A DNA stretch of 64,000 nt, from assembly GCA_964575955.1 (NCBI GenBank), contig CAZNTG010000006.1:544001-608000 (forward strand), given 5' to 3'. A program made the position numbers and the translations under genes. Shown piece after piece: positions 41,401 to 50,868 of this stretch (position 1 is the first letter of the stretch; every line of letters begins with the position of its first letter). This DNA comes from an uncultured Thermoproteaceae archaeon (lineage in GTDB: Archaea; Thermoproteota; Thermoprotei; Thermoproteales; Thermocladiaceae). The notes below the pieces were generated by a model. That model was not told where the DNA came from. It was given only the letters and a program-made list of their open reading frames with translations, and searched no databases.

Positions 41401-42357
41401 GAAAAGTCTAGCACTTCTCCTAGCTTTAACAAGAGCTCCAGATGCAATTAAAATTCCTGGAGATAGATCTCTAATCTCACTACGAATCTCTTCTTCAAGT
41501 CTTCTAATCTCTTCATACCTCTTCCTAATCTCCTCTTCACTTCCTTCAGCTCTTCTAAGTCTTCTAACTTCTCTAATAATTTCAACAATCTTTAAAGCAA
41601 TATTTAATACATGTTCAGGAATTCCTAAAAGTAGTAGTAGTCTATCAATATTCTTACTAGAAGCTTTTAAAATACTATCAACATCATCTACAAATATTAA
41701 ATCAAATTTAAACTTCTTAAGAATATCTAAATATCTTGGTAAGAACATGTTAGTTACAATCAATATATTAAACTTACCACTATCTACAAGACTTAGAACC
41801 TTCTGTCTTTCAGATTTTGATAGTAGTGTATTGTATGTAAGTGCTATAATTCTATCTTTCAAACCTAACTTCTCTAGGAAGGAAATCAACTTCTTATAAA
41901 CCTGATCTGCAAGTACAGATGTTGGAAATACCATGAGAACTCTACCCTTTCTGTAATATGCTACGTATATTGCAGCAACAATACCGAAAGTTGTTTTTCC
42001 ACTTCCTGTTGGTGCAATTATTGCAAAACTCTTACCTTTAATTAATCTTCTAGCCCATAAACGTTGTGCACCCCACATTTTTGCATTTACAGCTTTTTCA
42101 AATAATTTCTCAAACTTTTCATACTCTTCATAAAACTTTTCAATTATCTTCAAATTTTTCAAATTATTAAGTTCTCTTAAAACATCTATAAGATCTTGAA
42201 TAGTCTTAATTCTATATAGATACTCGTCAGGTAGACATCTATGACAAGGTAGACCTCTACTAAGTCTATCAGAAGTTATACTACCACCACAATTTGGACA
42301 AGCATTCCTGTACATTACTAATGGCTGTAGTTCTTCAAATATCCTTTCTATACTCAT
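38410..42357 (-). CDS. rgy: Reverse gyrase
   Basis: N-terminal Zn finger CPNC..CHRC, APTGSGKT, DDVD, QGSGRTSR, Toprim VESPTKA/DPDAEGE, SAGRVQ, ITYHRTDS, GIGRPSTY. Confidence 0.98.
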   Translation of the reverse strand: MSIERIFEELQPLVMYRNACPNCGGSITSDRLSRGLPCHRCLPDEYLYRIKTIQDLIDVLRELNNLKNLKIIEKFYEEYEKFEKLFEKAVNAKMWGAQRLWARRLIKGKSFAIIAPTGSGKTTFGIVAAIYVAYYRKGRVLMVFPTSVLADQVYKKLISFLEKLGLKDRIIALTYNTLLSKSERQKVLSLVDSGKFNILIVTNMFLPRYLDILKKFKFDLIFVDDVDSILKASSKNIDRLLLLLGIPEHVLNIALKIVEIIREVRRLRRAEGSEEEIRKRYEEIRRLEEEIRSEIRDLSPGILIASGALVKARRSARLFLFREFLGFESGGRAEGLRNVVDIYVEVEKDLVETIITLVKKLGDGGIIYVPTHLGREFAELIEKRLKDFGVRAYAYLRPKKGILEAFSNGEIDILIGLATARSALVRGIDLPHRVKYVIFAGIPRLRFRLNISEFRPGRYIALFLVLRNVVEKDERIQIDKLISRLRTIVGITESQLSKILEIIDKGREEELSGFDKYVANVVKASIEFASKLLNKITKDTLEKLDIRIDRDDRGLIITLPDVTTYIQGSGRTSRMYVGGVTKGISILVVDDFKVFRALERELKYRIEGFEFRHISQVDLEKLISEINEERKKVYDIITGKARPEETGLEFLKTALIVVESPTKARTIASFFGRPSVRFVGGLQIYESSIGNLLLLVTATKGHMWELVPETPEQDVEYVRESLSKIINQTPTDYFGVLKIGSMFIPVYNIIRKCPRCGETYSHDIDKCPRCGTSLISSEPIITALRDIATEVDLVLIGTDPDAEGEKIAWDIYLILRPYLNNIYRIEFHEVTKKAILDAIMNPVGDVRKSMVQAQLIRRIEDRWIGFGLSQKLWKVSEVLFGRTYKTLSAGRVQTPVLGWIIKRYDQSRKDKVYVVSIRLENGLELTLEIPKSKYRLRNSILEKRAIVEISPIAEDLEETINPPPPYTTDSLLRDAATRLRISVEEAMSIAQELFESGLITYHRTDSTRVSPVGIALAREYIAKNFGEQFFMPRQWIIGGHIGAHECIRPTRPIDAEELRALVLGGVIQLAIRLTPRHLAMYDMIFRRFIASQMKPAKIRKSKYEITIRDPISGESETIYVEKITDVVDEGFLKILKLFEIENKLPTGKYHIEEVIRKPVLIPKTKPLTEGEVVAEMKARGIGRPSTYARIVEVILRRRYAITVGKPKYLIPTRRGLKVYLYLTGDSTARELLEVGRSKEKREKRKIEIEEILRKLKDLGKFRDLVSEERTRIVQQLMDEVEEGERNYLQVLNELFEEARKYGLFEEIKKKNSTNT

Positions 42358-42479
42358 TAGATCTAGTATCTTATCTAGTTAAACCCTATTTATACGGTTT
42401 GTCGTTAAGTATATCAAAACTATCGACCTATTAGAGTAGTGGTTATAAGAAGCTAAAATACAAGTCATATGAAAAGACT

Positions 42480-42833
42480 GTGACATCTGACATGATGATG
42501 GATTATAGAATAGCAACAGGAAAGCTTGTAGATAAGCTAATAACTACATACAGAGGATATCTAGTTGAAAAAGTTTCCTTTAAAGATGGTCTAAGATATA
42601 GGCTAAGACTCTCTGTAAGTAGTAAAATACCACTCGATATACATGTTGTAAATAAATTTGATAAGATATTTATAGAATTATGGCCTATAAATCACGCAAC
42701 ACCACTACTAGTAATTGAAAAGAGTGTATATGATAATATAGAAGACATATACCACGATCTAAATCTCATACTATCAACATTGTGGAAAGTTAAGACTAGA
42801 AAATGTAGAAAGATATCCAAAATTAAGAAGTAA
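42480..42833 (+). CDS. hypothetical protein
   Basis: 117-aa ORF divergent from rgy; no motif recognised. Confidence 0.6.
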   Translation: MTSDMMMDYRIATGKLVDKLITTYRGYLVEKVSFKDGLRYRLRLSVSSKIPLDIHVVNKFDKIFIELWPINHATPLLVIEKSVYDNIEDIYHDLNLILSTLWKVKTRKCRKISKIKK

Positions 42834-42877
42834 CTTAACTATTTTAAATATTTGAAATCTCTAACTAGTCGAGAGAC

Positions 42878-44254
42878 ATGTCTTGGTCACTACTTGAAGC
42901 ATTGTACAACAATCCTGATAGTGTTAGAAAGATGCTTAAAGCGAGAGGTTATGACACATCTCTAGTTGATGAGTTTTTAAGAATTGATAAGGAGTGGAAA
43001 GATCTTAAACGTAGAGTTGATGAGCTCAGACATGAGCATAATGTACTTACAAGAAGTATAAGACAGGTTAAGAGTGATGAAGAGAGGAGAAAGCTTATTG
43101 AAGAAGCTAGAAGAAAGTTGGAAGAGATTGAAAAGTTTGAAGCTATGTTATCAGAAGTTGAAGAGAGGAGAAATAGAATTTTAAGATCATTACCTAACTT
43201 AATTAAACCTGAAGTATATGAGATATGTACATCTGAAGAGTTAGAGGAAGTACCAATAAGATATTGGGGAAAACCTAAAGTATATAGAGGAGATCTTGAA
43301 GCATTTTTAAATGAAGTTAGAAAGTTTGGACATGAAGTTGAGTATGAAGTTATAGATTGGAAACCTATAGGTCATGCAGATATGCTTGAAAATGTTCTAA
43401 AACTTGGAGATACTGAAAAAGCTGGTGAGGTTGCTGGTAGTAGATTCTTCTACATTTTTGATGATATTGTGTGGCTAGATATTGCATTAACACTATATGC
43501 GATAGATTACCTATCTCAGAAGGGGTTTAGAATTGTTATTCCTCCATACATGCTTAAGTATGAATATATCACGTCTGTAATAGATTTTGAAGCTCTTAAA
43601 GATGCTATATATAAGATTGAGGAAGAAGATCTATATCTAATTGGTACATCTGAACATCCGATAGCATGTTACTTAGCGAAGAGAGAGCTATTAGAATCTG
43701 ACCTACCAATACTCATGGCTGGTATATCTCCATGTTTTAGAAGAGAAGCTAGTGCAGGTAGTAGAGATTTGAAAGGAATTTTTAGAGTACATCAATTTCA
43801 TAAAGTTGAACAGTTCGTATTTTGCCTACCTGAAGAGAGTGATAAATGGCAGGAATTTCTCATAAAGAATGCAGAAGAGCTATGGCAAGGATTGGAAATA
43901 CCGTATAGAGTTGTTGTTGTATGTCCAAAAGAGATGGGTAGAACAGCAGCTAAACAATATGATCTTGAAGCATGGATGCCAGCACAGGCAAAGTATAGAG
44001 AGATGGTTTCATGTAGTAATTGTACAGATTGGCAATCATATAGACTACACATTAGAGTTGTTAGAAAGGGTATGAAGAGAGAGTATGTACATACACTGAA
44101 CAGTACAGCAATAGCAACAACAAGAGCAATAACAGCAATATTAGAAAATCATCAAGAACCTGATGGAACTGTTAGAATACCTAAAGTACTTAGAAAGTAT
44201 TTAGAGATATTTCCAAAAGCACCTAAGGACTACATATTCCCTAGAAAGAAATAG
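42878..44254 (+). CDS. serS: Serine--tRNA ligase
   Basis: N-terminal coiled coil, GTSEHP, CFRREA, FRVHQFHKVEQ, EMVSCSN, HTLNSTA. Confidence 0.97.
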   Translation: MSWSLLEALYNNPDSVRKMLKARGYDTSLVDEFLRIDKEWKDLKRRVDELRHEHNVLTRSIRQVKSDEERRKLIEEARRKLEEIEKFEAMLSEVEERRNRILRSLPNLIKPEVYEICTSEELEEVPIRYWGKPKVYRGDLEAFLNEVRKFGHEVEYEVIDWKPIGHADMLENVLKLGDTEKAGEVAGSRFFYIFDDIVWLDIALTLYAIDYLSQKGFRIVIPPYMLKYEYITSVIDFEALKDAIYKIEEEDLYLIGTSEHPIACYLAKRELLESDLPILMAGISPCFRREASAGSRDLKGIFRVHQFHKVEQFVFCLPEESDKWQEFLIKNAEELWQGLEIPYRVVVVCPKEMGRTAAKQYDLEAWMPAQAKYREMVSCSNCTDWQSYRLHIRVVRKGMKREYVHTLNSTAIATTRAITAILENHQEPDGTVRIPKVLRKYLEIFPKAPKDYIFPRKK

Positions 44255-44269
44255 TTTGAACATGTAGTA

Positions 44270-44321
44270 TCAGAATCGGAGTGTGTCTTCACTATAAATC
44301 TGCTGCGAGTCGTTTCATCAC
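44270..44321 (-). ncRNA. box C/D sRNA
   Basis: Minus strand GTGATGA-AACGACTCGCAG-CAGA-TTTATA-GTGAAGA-CACACTCCGATT-CTGA. Confidence 0.9.
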
Positions 44322-44373
44322 TAATATCTGTCTCTCTCGATAACTTTTTAAGTCAACTTATAGGTAGTTAGCT

Positions 44374-44712
44374 GTGCCAAAGAAGAGGAAGAATAGAGGT
44401 CGACATAAGGGAGATAAGGGTAAGGAAGGTCATGTATATTGTGAAAATTGTGGTAAGATGGTTCCAAGATCTAAAGCTGTTAGAATAACAATGACATACT
44501 CACCAGTACCTCCAGACCTTGCTAAAGAACTTGAAAAGCAGGGTGCAATAATACCTAAGTATCAGGTAACTAAGACTCTATGTATAAATTGTGCAATATT
44601 CTTCGGAATATTGAAGGTAAGACCAGAAGAAGAGAGAAAGAAGAAAGAACCACTTGGAAAAGTATCAACTGCATCACAATCATCAACATCAACAACAGGA
44701 TCTGGAAAGTAG
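44374..44712 (+). CDS. rps26e: 30S ribosomal protein S26e
   Basis: MPKKRKNRGRHKG, CENCG..VPRSKA, CINCA. Confidence 0.95.
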   Translation: MPKKRKNRGRHKGDKGKEGHVYCENCGKMVPRSKAVRITMTYSPVPPDLAKELEKQGAIIPKYQVTKTLCINCAIFFGILKVRPEEERKKKEPLGKVSTASQSSTSTTGSGK

Positions 44713-44715
44713 AAC

Positions 44716-45270
44716 TTGAGAATATTCATACTAAAGTCTAACACAGCCTGTCTAGAGAATGTAAATATAAAATCTCCAGCATCTTCAGGAAGGTTTGACG
44801 TTGTTCTAGACTTCATACTTGAATGTCTATACACTAGTAGTGAAGCTAGAAGAGACACTAAGATATACATAGTACTTGCAGGATGTAGACCTGTAAAGAC
44901 AATTCTGGTAGATGGTGTAGAAATTCCATATTTTGAAAATGAGAGAGAACTACTAGAATACATGTTGAAAAATTCGAAATCTGGAATACATGTACTTGAT
45001 ATAGATTTTGAAAAACTTCTAGACATGTTGATAAGTGAAGGATATAGACTATACTGCCTATATGAGTATGGTGTTGATATAGATAGTGTAGATATAGAGT
45101 GTAGAGATATTGCATTTATAATTGGAGATCAGGATGGTTTTACACAAGAAGATCTGCAAGTTATGAAGAGTAGAAATATAGAATTCATATCTATAGGACC
45201 AATACCATACTTAAGCTGGTTTTGCTGTACATTCATACAATACTACCTAGACTCAATATGTAGATCATGA
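44716..45270 (+). CDS. trmY: SPOUT methyltransferase, tRNA pseudouridine(54)-N1 methyltransferase-like
   Basis: SGRFDV, ENER, FIIGDQDG, ISIGP..YL. Confidence 0.75.
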   Translation: MRIFILKSNTACLENVNIKSPASSGRFDVVLDFILECLYTSSEARRDTKIYIVLAGCRPVKTILVDGVEIPYFENERELLEYMLKNSKSGIHVLDIDFEKLLDMLISEGYRLYCLYEYGVDIDSVDIECRDIAFIIGDQDGFTQEDLQVMKSRNIEFISIGPIPYLSWFCCTFIQYYLDSICRS

Positions 45271-45316
45271 TATATCTAGTGAAGATACACGCTGCACTTT
45301 ACATATCTTAAAGATA

Positions 45317-46087
45317 GTGAATATTGTGACAATAATTCAGAGAAGTATACCTTTTCCACCTATAAGAATTGAAAAAATTATAACATATCTAAAATATGTA
45401 TATGACAAAGATATTGTAAATACTGAAGAATTAAAGAAAAATAATATAGATTTTGGAAGAGGTAGAGGTGATATAACAAGATTCTTAAATTCTATAAACA
45501 TAGTAGAACTTGAAGGCAGTAAAGTAAGATTATCAAAAATTGGTAAAATACTTGTAGAAATATACAACAATTCAAAAATAATGTTCAAAATATTACTAAA
45601 CAACTACCTATACGACAGAGTTATACAGTATAGAATACTCATAGATATCTTAAGAGAAAACTCTAAAATTGATATAGAAACCCTATATAGAAAAGTTAAT
45701 GAAAATATAAAACACATATCACCATCAACATGGATTAATAAAGTTGCATATAGAACATTAATAAACTTCTCAATAGATTTAGAAGTTATTAAAAAAGACG
45801 GAAAATACCTAACATATCTAGGACATAGAGATCTCATAAATAACATAATGAAAGACTTCAGCACTAAGATAGGAGATGAAATCTATATAGATATCAAAGG
45901 TCTTTCAAACAAACTAGGAATTAATCATGAATTTCTTGAAAAATATATCGAGCAACACGTTGAAAAAGTTAAATGTCCAAACATAGACTTCAAACTTATT
46001 AAAGTTAAAGATGTAGATAAGATTATAGATAAGATATGCTCTCTAAGAATTGAACATGTGATGAAGTTCTCGAGTACTGAAAGATGA
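45317..46087 (+). CDS. hypothetical winged-helix-like protein
   Basis: 256-aa ORF; LS.IG wing-like segment. Confidence 0.6.
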   Translation: MNIVTIIQRSIPFPPIRIEKIITYLKYVYDKDIVNTEELKKNNIDFGRGRGDITRFLNSINIVELEGSKVRLSKIGKILVEIYNNSKIMFKILLNNYLYDRVIQYRILIDILRENSKIDIETLYRKVNENIKHISPSTWINKVAYRTLINFSIDLEVIKKDGKYLTYLGHRDLINNIMKDFSTKIGDEIYIDIKGLSNKLGINHEFLEKYIEQHVEKVKCPNIDFKLIKVKDVDKIIDKICSLRIEHVMKFSSTER

Positions 46088-46106
46088 AGATGGCTCGCAT
46101 ATCTGA
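46058..46106 (+). ncRNA. box C/D sRNA overlapping the 3' end of the upstream CDS
   Basis: GTGATGA-AGTTCTCGAGTA-CTGA-AAG-ATGAAGA-TGGCTCGCATAT-CTGA. Confidence 0.88.
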
Positions 46107-46108
46107 AA

Positions 46109-46156
46109 TCAGCTTAGCCCAGCTCTTCACTAATCCGACCTTACAAGCTTCATCAC
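46109..46156 (-). ncRNA. box C/D sRNA
   Basis: Minus strand GTGATGA-AGCTTGTAAGGT-CGGA-TTA-GTGAAGA-GCTGGGCTAAG-CTGA. Confidence 0.85.
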
Positions 46157-46279
46157 ACACATAAACACTCAAACCATACTTAAAAGCTTGCTTTAAAATA
46201 GGTGTGATATTTCTCAATTTCCTACTTAGTGAGAGATATCGAGGCTTGACTAGTAAGTGATGTGTCTAGTATTGGTTAA

Positions 46280-46783
46280 CTATGCATACTTATATACTCT
46301 TACTCTATCCTTAATTCTAGACTTTTCAGTATACTCAGGATATAGGAAGTATATTAATGCTATTAAGTCCCATAATCTCATACTTGCGTATTTCCGTATA
46401 TCATTTAGTAATCTAAAACCTTCTTCAATTTCCTGAAGTTTAGATATCATCTCCTTAACCTTAAACATGCCCTTATCTGTAAGTATAATATACTTTATTA
46501 TTCCTGTATCTTTATCACTCTCTCTGTATCTTTCAATCTCATGCACTTCAACAAGTCCCTCACTCACAAGTTCGTTAAGTTCATTAGAAACATCCTTAAA
46601 GTATGGACCGTAAGGGCCAGGTTCAGGTTCAGGAATATTTTTCAATAATCGTTTAAATAACATCTTAATGATAAATAAAACCTTATGAAGCCTAGTAACT
46701 AAACAGGATCCAGCTCTACCATAATCACTAGAGTAGTATGTTACAAATAAGATTAAATCTTTTAATGTGAGTTCTATCTTCAT
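46280..46783 (-). CDS. Panacea/SocA (DUF4065)-like wHTH protein, putative orphan antitoxin
   Basis: TRLHKVLF, PGPYGPYF.DV...L..L...GLV, LTDKG, YPEY. Confidence 0.6.
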   Translation of the reverse strand: MKIELTLKDLILFVTYYSSDYGRAGSCLVTRLHKVLFIIKMLFKRLLKNIPEPEPGPYGPYFKDVSNELNELVSEGLVEVHEIERYRESDKDTGIIKYIILTDKGMFKVKEMISKLQEIEEGFRLLNDIRKYASMRLWDLIALIYFLYPEYTEKSRIKDRVRVYKYA

Positions 46784-46891
46784 CTACTGTTTCTAATAGC
46801 TTATATCGTCCTATAAAGTGTTATTGTTTAACTTTCAATTCCCTAATCTGAGAGGTATGTCCCATTAAACTATCTTCATACATTTCCTGTT

Positions 46892-46941
46892 TCAGTTGGG
46901 TAGAGGTTTCTTCATTGTTCTGTTGAGGACCACTTCATCAC
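46892..46941 (-). ncRNA. box C/D sRNA
   Basis: Minus strand GTGATGA-AGTGGTCCTCAA-CAGA-ACA-ATGAAGA-AACCTCTACCCAA-CTGA. Confidence 0.88.
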
Positions 46942-46979
46942 CATGTTTATAAATTGTTGTTTGGTAGATAATTATTGCT

Positions 46980-48446
46980 GTGGGTAGTGTTGAGGTTAGG
47001 ATTTACAATACGTTGAGTAGGAGGATTGAGGTGTTTAAGCCTATTCAGGAGGGTGTTGTTAAGGGTTATGTTTGTGGTCCGACACCGTATGATTCTATGC
47101 ATGTTGGTCATGCTAGGACATACTCGTTTTTTGATACGTTTAAGAAGTTTTTGAAGTATGTTGGTTATAGTGTTATACTTGTTATAAATTTTACAGATAT
47201 AGATGATAAGATTATTAATAGGGCTAGAGAGGAGTTTGGTAGTGAATCATACTATAGGTGGCATGAGATTCCTGAGAGGTATATTAGAGAGTATTTTGAA
47301 ATTTGTAGAGAGTTAAATATAGAAGATGCTGAGTATTATCCAAAAGTTACTGAACATATTCAAGATATGATTAATACAATAAAACTTCTAGTAGATAGAG
47401 AGTATGCATATGTAGCTCCTGATGGATCTATATACTTCGATATTACTAAAATACCTGAATATGGAAAATTGTCAGGTCAGGAGATAGATAAGCTCATAGC
47501 AGGTGCTAGAGTTGAACCTGAACCAGGAAAGAGAAATCCTCTAGATTTCGCAATTTGGAAATCTTGGAAACCAGGAGAACCATGGTGGTCATCACCATGG
47601 TGTCCAGGAAGACCAGGATGGCATCTTGAGTGTGTTGTAATGTCATCAAAGTATCTTGGAGTACCTTTCGACTTTCATGGTGGTGGTCTAGATCTAGTAT
47701 TTCCACATCATGAAAATGAACTAGCAATAGCAAAAGCACTATATGGAAAATATGAACTAGCTAGATATTGGATACATGTTGGACTAGTAACTATACGTGG
47801 TGAAAAGATGAGTAAATCTTTGAAAAACATAATACCTGTACATGAAGTATTGAAGAAGTATAGTGGTGAAGCATTAAGACTATACTACTCAATGACACAC
47901 TATAGAAAACCACTAGACTTCTCATTTGAAGGACTATCAGACACAGAACAACTATTAAAAACAATATATGCAGCACATGACTACACAATACAAATATTGA
48001 AAGATGCTAAAGATGAAGAAGCAGAACTAGATGAAGAAATTAGAAGAGAAGTAGACAATATTGAGAAGAGATTCATAAACGCACTTGCAGATGATATGGA
48101 TACTCCAAGAGCAGTTTCAGAACTTATAAATCTATCAAAATTAATAACATCAAAACTAATATACATACCTGAAAAAGTTAGTAAAAAAACAGTACTACAC
48201 GTCAGAAACAAGTTAATAAGTCTAGGAAATATCCTAGGAATATTATATAGAACAGAAATACCTAAAATAGTTATAGACACTATAGAACTAATAATTGATG
48301 TTAGACAGAACTTAAGAAAGAACAAGATGTATGAAATTGCAGATATGATTAGAAGTAAATTAACAGAACTAGGAATTATAGTTACAGATACTAGAGTAAG
48401 AACATATTGGACTTTAGATAGATCTAGAATGAAAATACATGGTTGA
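46980..48446 (+). CDS. cysS: Cysteine--tRNA ligase
   Basis: YVCGPTPY, HVGH, TDIDDKII, GRPGWHLEC, FPHHENE, KMSKS. Confidence 0.97.
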   Translation: MGSVEVRIYNTLSRRIEVFKPIQEGVVKGYVCGPTPYDSMHVGHARTYSFFDTFKKFLKYVGYSVILVINFTDIDDKIINRAREEFGSESYYRWHEIPERYIREYFEICRELNIEDAEYYPKVTEHIQDMINTIKLLVDREYAYVAPDGSIYFDITKIPEYGKLSGQEIDKLIAGARVEPEPGKRNPLDFAIWKSWKPGEPWWSSPWCPGRPGWHLECVVMSSKYLGVPFDFHGGGLDLVFPHHENELAIAKALYGKYELARYWIHVGLVTIRGEKMSKSLKNIIPVHEVLKKYSGEALRLYYSMTHYRKPLDFSFEGLSDTEQLLKTIYAAHDYTIQILKDAKDEEAELDEEIRREVDNIEKRFINALADDMDTPRAVSELINLSKLITSKLIYIPEKVSKKTVLHVRNKLISLGNILGILYRTEIPKIVIDTIELIIDVRQNLRKNKMYEIADMIRSKLTELGIIVTDTRVRTYWTLDRSRMKIHG

Positions 48447-49653
48447 ACTACTACCAGTAGTACATAATGGAAAGATTGACAAATATATAGCTACACAGTA
48501 TGATATAACAGTAATAACATCAGAAAAATTAACAAACACAAAAATATACCTATGGTATATAGATAAAGCTATAGATATAACAGATAAAGTTATATCACAA
48601 AACTTCAATATAATAGTAAACAACTACACATTCAACCCTGAAAATTGGATAGAAATATTAACACTATGCAACTTCTACACAATTGAAGATGTTGAAGATA
48701 TTGTAAAAATTATAGAGAAAACCTCTAGAAAAGTTTTAGAAAATAAGAAAGTAGTATTATCATATAGTGGTGGTAAAGATAGTACAACAGCATTAATAGT
48801 ATTGAAAAAGTTGAATAATTATATAAACTTTAAACTAAACATATGCTATACATATATGCCATATCTAGAAGATGTTAATAATATAAAATTTATAGAGTAT
48901 GTAGGTGAGAAGTTAGGTGTTAATATAGAAGTTCTAAGTCCTCCAAAGAGGATAGTATTAAAATTCTTAAAGAAATATGGATTACCGTATAGAAGATTTA
49001 GATGGTGTACATATCTAAAAGTTAGACCATTAAGAGAATTTTGTAAGAAAAATAGTATAGAGATATATGCTGTTGGAGATAGAGCAACTGAATGTGAGAA
49101 AAGATGGCAAAGATTGAGTGAATATATACTAAGCCTGAAATTTATATCTAAGAGAGAGTTTAGACCAATATACACATTAACACTACTCGACGTTATTAAA
49201 ATATGTAAGAAGTATGAGACTGTAAATCCTCAATATATTGAAGGATTAACAAGAGTTTCATGTATTTTATGTCCATATAAGTCACTACCTGAAATATATA
49301 TTCAAAATATTGATAATGTTGAAGATCCAGGACTCATAGAGACAATATTGAGAAGAGAATTCTACAAATGGTACAGTGATAAAGGTATTGAATATGTAGA
49401 TTTTAGAGATTATCATCTATGGAGATTTGTACCAAATATAGCTAAGATGTTTATAAAAGTTAGAGGTATATTAAGAGAAGATGAGCATGAATATATAAGT
49501 TTAGAAGATTTTAGGAAGATGTACTCATCAATATGGCTAAATAGAGATCCAGAATTAAAAATTATAAAATTTGACGAAATGTTAAATAAATTAAGAAGAT
49601 TTAAACTAAGAGATCTACTCACCTACGCTCAGAGAGAAACCGTTAAAAACTAA
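48439..49653 (+). CDS. PAPS-reductase-family (PP-loop) protein
   Basis: SYSGGKDS, RWCT..KV.P, RVSCILCP. Confidence 0.85.
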   Translation: MVELLPVVHNGKIDKYIATQYDITVITSEKLTNTKIYLWYIDKAIDITDKVISQNFNIIVNNYTFNPENWIEILTLCNFYTIEDVEDIVKIIEKTSRKVLENKKVVLSYSGGKDSTTALIVLKKLNNYINFKLNICYTYMPYLEDVNNIKFIEYVGEKLGVNIEVLSPPKRIVLKFLKKYGLPYRRFRWCTYLKVRPLREFCKKNSIEIYAVGDRATECEKRWQRLSEYILSLKFISKREFRPIYTLTLLDVIKICKKYETVNPQYIEGLTRVSCILCPYKSLPEIYIQNIDNVEDPGLIETILRREFYKWYSDKGIEYVDFRDYHLWRFVPNIAKMFIKVRGILREDEHEYISLEDFRKMYSSIWLNRDPELKIIKFDEMLNKLRRFKLRDLLTYAQRETVKN

Positions 49654-49677
49654 CTTAATTAGACTATCATCAAGAGA

Positions 49678-49756
49678 GCCGCCGTAGCTCAGCCTGGGTG
49701 AGAGCGCCCGGCTCATAACCGGGAGGTCCCGGGTTCAAATCCCGGCGGCGGCACCA
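49678..49756 (+). tRNA. tRNA-Met(CAT), elongator type, CCA encoded
   Basis: GCCGCCG/CGGCGGC acceptor stem, CCCGG-CTCATAA-CCGGG anticodon arm, GGTTCAAATCC. Confidence 0.95.
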
Positions 49757-49758
49757 AT

Positions 49759-50862
49759 CTAGAATCCCTCTAATATGCTTCTAACATTGTAATTTGATAG
49801 TTCAACATCTCCCATAATGTACTTTAACTCTCCTGGATTTACAATTGGTACATGAAATCTATCTAGATCGTCAAATCCCAATCTTGGACACATTGTATTT
49901 ATAAATAGTGATTCTCTATATGAACATAGTGTTTCTATATTTACATCATCCATCTCTAATATACATGTTGAGTAACGTTGAGATAAGTCTTTGAAAATTC
50001 TATATGCAGTTTCAATATTTCTTTGACCTAATTTTTGAGATATTAATATTATAGCATTGTTAAAATTCTTGAATTCTGTCAATATTTTAAGTTTTGTCAA
50101 TATTAATCTCCTCAATATTCTCTCTATGTGATCTTTAGGTATTTTATAGAATTTTGATATATCTATACAATGTAGACAATCTAGAGGGTAATTGTAGAGT
50201 ATTGGTGTTAGAAAATGAAAATATCCTTCAGAAATTATGACAATATCTCTATTCGATATCTTAGGCATATAACATCCTGTTAAATATTTAAACTCACAAT
50301 CAAGTTTTTCTGATATGTATGATGCATAGTCTCTATACTGTGGAGCACATAGAACTACAATATCTTTACTATTCTTAATCTTCTCTATAACACTATCAAT
50401 CTTATGTATATCATTGTTAGAAACTTTGTAGTATATGTATGAGAATACTATCTTACTTTCAAAATTTCTATCATATATCTCTAGTATTGATATATTATCA
50501 ATATTGTAATATCTTAACTTATCGACATTTCTAGATATTGCATTTAGTATATTTGGAGGTATGAAATGTCCTAAATGTATTATAGTGTCATATCTATACA
50601 ACATGTCTAGAGTTATGTCACATGGACCCCAGCAAGATCTGCCTGATAAGATGATATTTTTTCCAAGTTTTTTAGATATGTAATTACATACTTTTCTAGC
50701 AATATCTTTCCAACCTAGTGGAATATCTATTAGTATATTTCTCGATTTTTCACACTGTTCAAGTATTATATCTATATCTTCTATGTATAGAACTCTATCT
50801 CCAATTTTCAACTCTAGCATAGATATACATATCAGATCTAGTACATAATTAATATCTATCAA
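49759..50862 (-). CDS. dph2: Diphthamide biosynthesis protein Dph2
   Basis: CWGPCD, IIHLGH, LTGC, GYFH, KLGQ, TMCPRL. Confidence 0.88.
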   Translation of the reverse strand: MIDINYVLDLICISMLELKIGDRVLYIEDIDIILEQCEKSRNILIDIPLGWKDIARKVCNYISKKLGKNIILSGRSCWGPCDITLDMLYRYDTIIHLGHFIPPNILNAISRNVDKLRYYNIDNISILEIYDRNFESKIVFSYIYYKVSNNDIHKIDSVIEKIKNSKDIVVLCAPQYRDYASYISEKLDCEFKYLTGCYMPKISNRDIVIISEGYFHFLTPILYNYPLDCLHCIDISKFYKIPKDHIERILRRLILTKLKILTEFKNFNNAIILISQKLGQRNIETAYRIFKDLSQRYSTCILEMDDVNIETLCSYRESLFINTMCPRLGFDDLDRFHVPIVNPGELKYIMGDVELSNYNVRSILEGF

Positions 50863-50868
50863 TAGGGT

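Noticed and set aside
40187-41899. Long antisense ORFs inside reverse gyrase (and similar ones at 56090-56716 and 63334-63870)
   Set aside because: Ser/Leu/Ile-rich shadow frames of well-supported genes on the opposite strand.
42469-42515. Possible C/D sRNA (ATGAAAA...CTGA-C-ATGATGA)
   Set aside because: No terminal D box at the expected spacing, and it overlaps a run of Met codons at a gene start.
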